Positions 8,874 to 15,056 of a DNA stretch of 64,000 nt are shown piece by piece. The notes beneath the pieces are model-generated. The model had not been told where the DNA came from and searched no databases. It was given only the letters and a program-made list of their open reading frames with translations. Numbering within the stretch: the first letter of the stretch is position 1; the number at the start of each line of letters is the position of its first letter. The stretch is from a virus: IMG/VR virus record IMGVR_UViG_3300029258_001212, positions 89,541-153,540 of that record; one strand, given 5' to 3'. Both the position numbers and the translations under genes were made by a program.

Positions 8874-8945
8874 GACACCCTCTTGACTCTTATTCCCCTA
8901 CAAGGGGAGATAAGGTTAATTAAGAAGAAGCAATGAGCGTGCCAA
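8874..8945. promoter_or_regulatory. Dispersed 72-bp element, copy 2
   Basis: TTGACT(8883)-22 bp dyad-TAAGGT(8911)-TAATTAAG; reverse complement of 8929-8945 is TTGGCACGCTCATTGCT. Confidence 0.85.
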
Positions 8946-9472
8946 TCTCGGAAGACCAACGGACCTGGGTGATCTTGAGCACCACCGAGACCTTCCTGGG
9001 AAGGGCCATCAGGTGGTTCACACGCGCGCCAAGGGGCGCGAGCCATGCCTCGGTGAGCTACTACTCCGGCAAGCTGGGCCAGCGCCTGGTACTCGAGGCC
9101 AGCGCCTACGGATACCGGGTACTCCCTTGGGCGAAGTGGAAGAACATGGACCCCGGCAAGCGCGTGTGGGTGTACGCGGAGGCGCGCATCAGTCTCCTGA
9201 AGGGGCTCCAGCACGTGGCGGCCGAGCTCGGGCGCCCCTACGATTACAAGCTGATGCTCTGGCACGCCCTTCGGTTCTGGTTCAAGCGATGGCTCAAGAA
9301 GCCGTGGCGCAACCCAAGGCGGTGGGCGTGCCAGGAGGCGACAATCATCATGCTCCAGGCGTCTGGCGTGGGTGGATCTTTCCGCGTTGACCCCGAGGCC
9401 ACAACACCTGAGCAGCTCCGCGTGTGGCTGTCCGGCTGCCCGGAGCTCGAGCAGATTGAGGTGCCCCTGTGA
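8933..9472 (+). CDS. Permuted papain-like NlpC/P60 (YiiX/YebB-like) enzyme
   Basis: IRWFT..ASHASV (His first), VLEA, LGRPYDY, WACQE (Cys last), TPEQL. Confidence 0.7.
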   Translation: MSVPISEDQRTWVILSTTETFLGRAIRWFTRAPRGASHASVSYYSGKLGQRLVLEASAYGYRVLPWAKWKNMDPGKRVWVYAEARISLLKGLQHVAAELGRPYDYKLMLWHALRFWFKRWLKKPWRNPRRWACQEATIIMLQASGVGGSFRVDPEATTPEQLRVWLSGCPELEQIEVPL

Positions 9473-10476
9473 CTTCCACCGTGATTCTCCTGGCGATGAT
9501 CGGCACCATGTGGGGCATCATCGCCGGCTACCGCGCCTACTTCAATCGGCGCAAGCGGCGCCAGGTGGCCACGAACTCTGGCCGAGAGACCCAGGAGCTC
9601 CAGGCCATGGTGGACGCCTTCAAGGGTTCTCATGCAGTCTCCAGGGGCTGGATGATGGGCCTGATGGCAGCCGGCGTAGCTGTGGCAACGGCTCTGGGGG
9701 CGCTGTTCATCAGCCTGATGGCTGGTGAGCCGGGTGGCTCCACCAAGACGATGCCACAGCGTGCTTCTGGGATGAGCGCCGCCATGAACGCCATGCGGCC
9801 AGAGGCCATGGACGCCATGCGGCCACCAGAGCGGCGACACCGGCGCCGGATGCAGGTGGTGATCGTGATCACCGATGACGGGGTGGAACCCATCGACAAC
9901 CCCATGGACCGCTGTGAGCCAGGCAAGGTGGTTCACGTCACCAAGGACGGCGTGAAGTGCCTCAAGCTCGGGTCCAAGGAGGCGAGAGCGGTGCTCGAGG
10001 AAGGCAACAAGCCGATCACGGACGTTGTGAAGCTCCGCGAGGACGTGATGCGCGTTGCCCCCATGCGGCCCCAGGTGATGCGCCAAGGTTTCGCGCCAGG
10101 CGTTGGGAACGTGGGCAAGGACGTAGCGAAGCGTAAGGGCAAGGGCGTCTGGCAGAAGTACGCGGAGATTGTCTATTTCCTCACCACGTTCCTCGGGGTG
10201 GTGCTCAGATTCATCTGGGATCACAACCTCGAGCGCCGCCGGTGCCAGGCGGCCGGACTCGCCACAGAGCGGTTCAACTTCATGAACCTGGTGGTGGGCT
10301 TTTTCATCGGCGTGGCCGTTCATCTTCTCATGTCCAAGGCCATGGGCGTGGGCTATGAAACGGCCACCTTTCAAAACGTGCTCCTCGCATCGTACAATGG
10401 GTTCCTGTGGCCGAGCATTCTCAAGGACGTGAGCGAGTTCCGCGGGTTGCGGAAGTCCGATGGCGCGGTGGCATGA
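9469..10476 (+). CDS. Multi-pass membrane protein
   Basis: Two N-terminal and about three C-terminal hydrophobic segments; AMxAMRP repeat. Confidence 0.65.
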   Translation: MTSTVILLAMIGTMWGIIAGYRAYFNRRKRRQVATNSGRETQELQAMVDAFKGSHAVSRGWMMGLMAAGVAVATALGALFISLMAGEPGGSTKTMPQRASGMSAAMNAMRPEAMDAMRPPERRHRRRMQVVIVITDDGVEPIDNPMDRCEPGKVVHVTKDGVKCLKLGSKEARAVLEEGNKPITDVVKLREDVMRVAPMRPQVMRQGFAPGVGNVGKDVAKRKGKGVWQKYAEIVYFLTTFLGVVLRFIWDHNLERRRCQAAGLATERFNFMNLVVGFFIGVAVHLLMSKAMGVGYETATFQNVLLASYNGFLWPSILKDVSEFRGLRKSDGAVA

Positions 10477-10479
10477 ACC

Positions 10480-11040
10480 ATGAGCAGAGAGCTACCTGTC
10501 AACGTAGGAGTCATTGACCAGTTCCCCGTCTGGGAACCGGACGGCTCCGGGCAGAAGCACAGCGGGCTCACCATCGGGGACTTCGCCGTCACCATCTTCC
10601 ACGATGGGGTGGAGCAGACCGGCTACGTCTACGGGATCGCGGAGATCGATAACCTGGGCGAGTACCGAATCTCCTGGACGCCCAACGCCACCGGCTTCTG
10701 GTTGGTGGAGGTGCTCATCGACTACAACCTTCAGGTCTGGTACGAGGAGTACGATGTGGTGGACGCCTCGCAGAGCGAGATCTACCAGATGGTGGCTCGC
10801 GCCCTGGGCCTGGTCCACGAAAACATCTTCATCGACACCACCAGCTACGATGCGGATGGTCAGCTTGTAGCGGCCCGCGTGCGCCTCTTCGAGTCCAAGG
10901 CAGACGTGGAGCTCGCCACCGATGGCGGCCAGCCCCCGCCGGCCGGCACGGACCCAGAGCACCTGGCGGAGTACACCATCGGGATCACCTGGGAAGGCAC
11001 CAACCGGTACAAGGTGTTCAAACAGGTGCTCGAGCCATGA
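10480..11040 (+). CDS. Virion-associated hypothetical protein (Ig-like N-terminus)
   Basis: EIDNLGEYRISWTP..G.W beta-sandwich pattern. Confidence 0.65.
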   Translation: MSRELPVNVGVIDQFPVWEPDGSGQKHSGLTIGDFAVTIFHDGVEQTGYVYGIAEIDNLGEYRISWTPNATGFWLVEVLIDYNLQVWYEEYDVVDASQSEIYQMVARALGLVHENIFIDTTSYDADGQLVAARVRLFESKADVELATDGGQPPPAGTDPEHLAEYTIGITWEGTNRYKVFKQVLEP

Positions 11041-11348
11041 TCGCCTTCATCGCCCAGACCGGTCTACTCGAGCTCCTCGCCGTGTGCGTGGTAGTCGGGA
11101 TTTCCCTGTCCACCCTCGGGAAGATTTGGCCCCAGGCGGCCATCACCAGGGAGCAGTTCACGGAGCTCGACACGGACGTGGAGGGGGTGAGCGAGCTCCA
11201 GGTGGAAATGGTGGAGGTGGAGCCGGAGACCATGCAGGTGCAGCTCGAGGACATTGGCGAGATCACCGTGGAGGTGGAAGTGCTCGACACCGAGACCGGC
11301 GTGGTGGTGAAGGACTCTGGTATTACCGTGAAAATGGAGTGTGACTGA
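11037..11348 (+). CDS. Acidic hypothetical protein
   Basis: ATGA overlap; V/E alternating beta repeats. Confidence 0.6.
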   Translation: MIAFIAQTGLLELLAVCVVVGISLSTLGKIWPQAAITREQFTELDTDVEGVSELQVEMVEVEPETMQVQLEDIGEITVEVEVLDTETGVVVKDSGITVKMECD

Positions 11349-11761
11349 TGGCTGACTCCCCGTTCTTCCAGCCCGATTGCGTGTGCTCGGATGTGATCAA
11401 CCTCTACAAGAACCGGGATCGCACCATCCGGTTCACCATCACCAATGACGATGTGGGTGATATTACGGGCGCCTTGATCTGGTTCTCTGTGAAAAAAGAG
11501 GTGACCGACACCGACAGCGAGGCGGTGATCACCAAGAAGTCCGCTGGCATCACTGGTGGCGACGATTCCCAAGCCAAGGTGGTGGACGGCGTGGCCAGGA
11601 TCATCGAAGTCTACATCCTGCCAGCGGACACCGTGGACCTGGACGCTGGCGGCTACGTGTCGGACGCAGTGATCCAGCTCCCCACCGGGCGGAAGCTCCA
11701 GCTCAAGGACCCCTTCCGGTTCAACGTCCAGCAACCGGCCACCCTCGCGGAGACCCCATGA
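11348..11761 (+). CDS. BppU-like baseplate upper/adaptor domain protein
   Basis: DITGALIWFSVK...I.PADT..L..G.YVSD pattern. Confidence 0.55.
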   Translation: MADSPFFQPDCVCSDVINLYKNRDRTIRFTITNDDVGDITGALIWFSVKKEVTDTDSEAVITKKSAGITGGDDSQAKVVDGVARIIEVYILPADTVDLDAGGYVSDAVIQLPTGRKLQLKDPFRFNVQQPATLAETP

Positions 11762-12180
11762 GCCAGATCCTCACCGAAGCGGAGCTTGAGCTCGCCCTGG
11801 CGGCCCAACAGGCCCAGCTAGAGGCCAAGGTGGCCCTCGCGGACCATGAGGTGGCCTACCAGGGCACCAAGGCCGAGCTAGTGGACCGGGTGAAGGCTAC
11901 TACTGAGGCGCGCCAGCACGCCCTGGCGGCCATCCTACAGGCCCGTGGGCTTGACCCCCGCGAGTGGACGATCAACGTCGCTACGCAGGAGGTGGAGCCC
12001 GCTGGGGCGCCGTCCACGGGGCTCCTGGGTGGCCTGGGCGAGGTGCTACTGGAACAGGGCCAGGATCGGCCCTTTCGACCCCTGAGCTCCGAGGAGGAGC
12101 TCGAGCGCGGGCGCGGTGGCGCGGTGGCAGCGGTGCGCCTCACGCGACCTGGAAACGGAGGCCACGATGACAGGGACTGA
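11758..12180 (+). CDS. Hypothetical protein (coiled coil, possible fibre chaperone)
   Basis: ATGA overlap, helical. Confidence 0.6.
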   Translation: MSQILTEAELELALAAQQAQLEAKVALADHEVAYQGTKAELVDRVKATTEARQHALAAILQARGLDPREWTINVATQEVEPAGAPSTGLLGGLGEVLLEQGQDRPFRPLSSEEELERGRGGAVAAVRLTRPGNGGHDDRD

Positions 12181-12670
12181 ACGGCGCGGGATCGCCTTGA
12201 TCCTGGTGACCACGATGCTCACGATGGCCACCTTGGCGTGCGCCCCCCAGGTGCAGACGGCCAAGCGGGCGCCCATCTTCGAGAAAGCCCAGGAGCTATC
12301 CAAGCTCCCGGCCCGGGTGGAGAAGCCGGCCAAAAAGACCGGCACGGTGGTGGCTGTCCGCAAGGGTGACCAGGTGCCCTTCGATGGCATCCTACTCACC
12401 GAGGACCGGGCGAAAAAAGCGGCCCAGCTCCGAATTTCCTACGATGAGCTGTACGATATTGCGACGATCAACCGGCGCTTCACCGGTGTGGCTCTCCGGG
12501 CGGCAGATGAGCAGCTCGCGGCGGCCGACAAGGAGATCGCCAGGCTTCGCAAGGCCCAGGACTCCTGGTGGAACCGGCACAAGCTCACTGTGGGCATCGT
12601 GATCGGCACCATCCTCACGCTCGGACTCGGGGGCCTCGCGGTGTGGGGCGCCAGCGAGCTCAAGAAGTAG
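12167..12670 (+). CDS. Lipoprotein with C-terminal TM (spanin-like)
   Basis: GGAGG SD; lipobox TLAC; coiled coil; C-terminal TM VGIVIGTILTLGLGGLAVW. Confidence 0.65.
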   Translation: MTGTERRGIALILVTTMLTMATLACAPQVQTAKRAPIFEKAQELSKLPARVEKPAKKTGTVVAVRKGDQVPFDGILLTEDRAKKAAQLRISYDELYDIATINRRFTGVALRAADEQLAAADKEIARLRKAQDSWWNRHKLTVGIVIGTILTLGLGGLAVWGASELKK

Positions 12671-12700
12671 CAGCCTTTCCCTTACTTTCCCTTATCCCTC

Positions 12701-12730
12701 TTGTGTCGGGTGCCCTGGTAGGGTAATTGT
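12701..12730 (+). promoter_or_regulatory. Possible sigma70-like promoter for the structured leader
   Basis: TTGTGT-17 bp-TAATTG(T); shares GGTAGGGTA with promoter at 40219. Confidence 0.35.
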
Positions 12731-12954
12731 AGAAGCTCGGGTGGTAGCGGCTGCCCGACAGCGGACGCGGGGGCGGTTCCTGCGATGCCTCGGTGGTCAG
12801 TTCGGTTGCCATGGCCCTCCCCCATCCCCGCGCCCAAGCCGCGAGGTGGCTCGCTCCCCTGTGATGGCTGCAAGGCTGGGCCGGAGGGCAGCTCGAGAAA
12901 CCGGCCCCGGCGGAGGCATTGAATCCGCCGCTTTTCGCCCAGGAGGAGACGGTG

Positions 12955-12983
12955 TTGACAGTCAGATCTGGCCAAAGTACCCT
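12955..12983 (+). promoter_or_regulatory. Sigma70 promoter internal to leader
   Basis: TTGACA-17 bp-TACCCT. Confidence 0.5.
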
Positions 12984-13016
12984 GTCCGCAAAGCTGTGTT
13001 TCGTCACGGCTCCCTC

Positions 13017-13065
13017 GGACTGGTCGGGCAGCCCCCCAACACCCCCCCTGGCCAGTCCTTTTTTT
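13017..13065 (+). terminator. Intrinsic terminator (long loop)
   Basis: GGACTGGTCGGG/CCTGGCCAGTCC 12-bp stem followed by T7. Confidence 0.6.
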
Positions 13066-13092
13066 GTCCAGCGACACGATTGGAGGTACGTG

Positions 13093-13839
13093 ATGGGTCG
13101 CTCTGCGATTGAGTGGACGGACTACTCATGGAGCCCTGTGACCGGGTGTTCGATGGTCTCCACGGGGTGCCGTAACTGCTACGCGAAACGGATGGCCGAG
13201 CAGTTCCAGCGGGACGGCAAGGCGCGCTACAGGTACGGGTTCAAGCCGACGATCCACCCGGATGTGCTCGAGGAGCCGCTGGGGTGGAAAACGAGTCGGC
13301 TCATCTTCGTGTGCAGCATGAGCGATCTGTTCCACGAGGACGTTCCTTTCGAGTTCTTGGAGCGCGTGTTCGCCATCATGCGGCGGACCCCGCGGCACAC
13401 CTACCAGGTGCTCACGAAGCGAGCGGAGCGGATGCGCGAGCTCGGCAACAAGATCGGCTGGCCGAGCAACATCTGGGCTGGCGTGACCGTGGAGCATCCC
13501 CGGTACGTGAAGCGGCGCATCCCCGAGCTCCTTGACACCGAGGCGCGGCTCCGATTCGTCTCCTTTGAGCCCCTGGTGGCCGAAATCGGCCCGTTCGATT
13601 TCACGGGCATCGACTGGGTGATCGTGGGTGGTGAACGGGGGAGCCGGGTGCGCCCCATGGACGAGGCATGGGCCCTGGACCTACTACGCCAGGCCCGCGC
13701 GGCCGGCGTGCCGTTCTTTTTCAAGCAACGCGGCGATGCGGCTGGGATCATGGGCTACCGGGACCAGCTCCTCGGGGGCAAGAAAATCCAGGAGCTCCCC
13801 GAGCAAGCTGGCAACCAACCCAGCCTGTTTGACCTGTGA
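13093..13839 (+). CDS. DUF5131 / phage Gp37-Gp68 family radical-SAM-like protein
   Basis: SAIEWTD.SWSPVTGC..VS.GC.NCYA, FVCSMSDLFH, LTKR, SFEPL, WVIVGGE, FFFKQ. Confidence 0.92.
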   Translation: MGRSAIEWTDYSWSPVTGCSMVSTGCRNCYAKRMAEQFQRDGKARYRYGFKPTIHPDVLEEPLGWKTSRLIFVCSMSDLFHEDVPFEFLERVFAIMRRTPRHTYQVLTKRAERMRELGNKIGWPSNIWAGVTVEHPRYVKRRIPELLDTEARLRFVSFEPLVAEIGPFDFTGIDWVIVGGERGSRVRPMDEAWALDLLRQARAAGVPFFFKQRGDAAGIMGYRDQLLGGKKIQELPEQAGNQPSLFDL

Positions 13840-13939
13840 GCCCTTTGTCTGCTACGTTGACGGGTGCGCGCCTGGAGGGGCGCTGGAAGGCTTGCCAGGC
13901 TCTCCGGTCTCCTCTGCGAGAAGCTCCCCGGCCAGGCAT

Positions 13940-13978
13940 GAATCCCCGTCTGCAATAGCAGCGGGGATTCGACTTTTT
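13940..13978 (+). terminator. Hairpin (terminator-like) just before the MTase SD
   Basis: GAATCCCCG(T)CTGC-AATA-GCAG-CGGGGATTC then GACTTTTT. Confidence 0.45.
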
Positions 13979-13988
13979 GGAGGCCACG

Positions 13989-14702
13989 ATGATTGAACGA
14001 TTGGAATCCTCCCCCCTCTGGTGCGCGTGGGACGTGGTGTGCTGTGACGCTGTGACGTTCCTCCGCCAGCTCCCGGACGCCTCGGTGGACCTGGCGATCA
14101 CGGACCCGCCCTACGAGTCCCTTGAGAAGCATCGCAAGAAAGGCACCACCACGCGCCTGAAGGTGTCCAAGGCGAGCTCCAACGCCTGGTTCAAGACGTT
14201 CCCCAACGCGCGGTTCCCAGAGCTCCTGGCAGAGCTCAGGCGCGTCCTGAAGCGCGACCGGCACTGCTACATCTTCGTGGACCAGGAGACCATGTTCGCC
14301 TTGCGCCCCGTGGCAGAGGCAGCCGGGTTCAAGTGGTGGAAGGCGCTGGTGTGGGACAAGGTGGCCATCGGGATGGGCTACCACTACCGGGCCCGCTTCG
14401 AGCACATCGCCTTCCTCGAGCTGGGCAGGCGCAAGCTCAACGATCTGGGCGTACCAGACGTTCTCCAGGTCAAGCGCGTCTGGCGGGGCATCCCCGCGGA
14501 GAAGCCCGTGGAGCTGATGGAGGTGCTGGTCCGACAGAGCACCAGGCCCGGTGAGCTGGTGGTGGACCCCTTCCTGGGCTCCGGGGCCTCGGGTCAGGCA
14601 GCCGTGAAGCTCGGGCGCCGGTTCCTTGGATCTGACCTGAATCCAGAATTAGTGCAAGAATCCACAGATCGGATTTGCGGCGCTTCTGCCATCCCCATGT
14701 AG
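13989..14702 (+). CDS. DNA N6-adenine/N4-cytosine methyltransferase (beta class)
   Basis: DPPY catalytic motif before P.EKP and VVDPFLGSG SAM-binding motif. Confidence 0.92.
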   Translation: MIERLESSPLWCAWDVVCCDAVTFLRQLPDASVDLAITDPPYESLEKHRKKGTTTRLKVSKASSNAWFKTFPNARFPELLAELRRVLKRDRHCYIFVDQETMFALRPVAEAAGFKWWKALVWDKVAIGMGYHYRARFEHIAFLELGRRKLNDLGVPDVLQVKRVWRGIPAEKPVELMEVLVRQSTRPGELVVDPFLGSGASGQAAVKLGRRFLGSDLNPELVQESTDRICGASAIPM

Positions 14703-14737
14703 TGTGCCTGGCGGACTGAAACCACTACATCTGGTAG
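14690..14737. promoter_or_regulatory. Possible tandem NrdR boxes
   Basis: CCACTACATCTGGTAG (14722) fits acaCwAtATaTwGtgt; weaker CATCCCCATGTAGTGT starts 32 bp upstream. Confidence 0.4.
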
Positions 14738-14754
14738 TCGGTTTTTGACCATCT

Positions 14755-14842
14755 GGAAGTTTTCTTCTACATGGTCAGGAAGTTTTCTTCTACATGGTCA
14801 GGAAGTTTTCTTCTACATGGTCAGGAAGTTTTCTTCCTGACC
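14755..14842. repeat. Iteron-like array (3 x 23 bp) ending in a palindrome; putative replication origin
   Basis: GGAAGTTTTCTTCTACATGGTCA at 14755, 14778 and 14801; GGTCAGGAAG-TTTT-CTTCCTGACC at 14819-14842; AT-rich flank. Confidence 0.85.
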
Positions 14843-15056
14843 TATATGGAAGTATATGCAGAGAAAAAGATGCAGAGAAGCAGAGCGGGGCTGGGCGCCC
14901 CGGCTGCCAGGTGCTCCGATGACAGCTCTCTGACGGCGGCTCACCTGGCACGAAAATTGACCACCGAGTTTTGGACTGAAAGAAGTTGACCGGCCGTTTC
15001 GCCCCGTGATATGCCTGGACTCCTGGCAAGCCTTTCTGACTCACGAGGAGAACCAA

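Larger units (their letters stand above)
12737..13065 (+). ncRNA. Putative structured leader/ncRNA with terminator-antiterminator
   Basis: Nested helices 12749-59:13023-33, 12761-66:12984-89, 12766-72:12826-32, 12878-84:12901-07, 12908-14:12924-30, 12993-98:13005-10. Confidence 0.55.

Noticed and set aside
8874-8945. 72-bp element as a MITE/IS end or intrinsic terminator
   Set aside because: No terminal inverted repeats, target duplications or transposase; no U-tract after the dyad on either strand
12737-12895. SRP RNA (GGGTGGTAGCGGCTGCCC resembles an Alu helix; CTGGGCC-GGAG-GGCAGCT resembles helix 8)
   Set aside because: Conserved CAGG/AGCA loop bases are changed and a stronger alternative helix exists; only an Rfam scan could rescue it
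12905-12935. tRNA or tmRNA (TTGAATCC T-loop-like)
   Set aside because: No cloverleaf, acceptor stem or CCA end found
12919-13092. N-terminal extension of DUF5131 from TTG 12919
   Set aside because: The family starts at M..SAIEWTD; the SD lies before 13090/13093; the extension crosses a terminator
14755-14842. CRISPR array
   Set aside because: Repeats are directly abutting with no spacers
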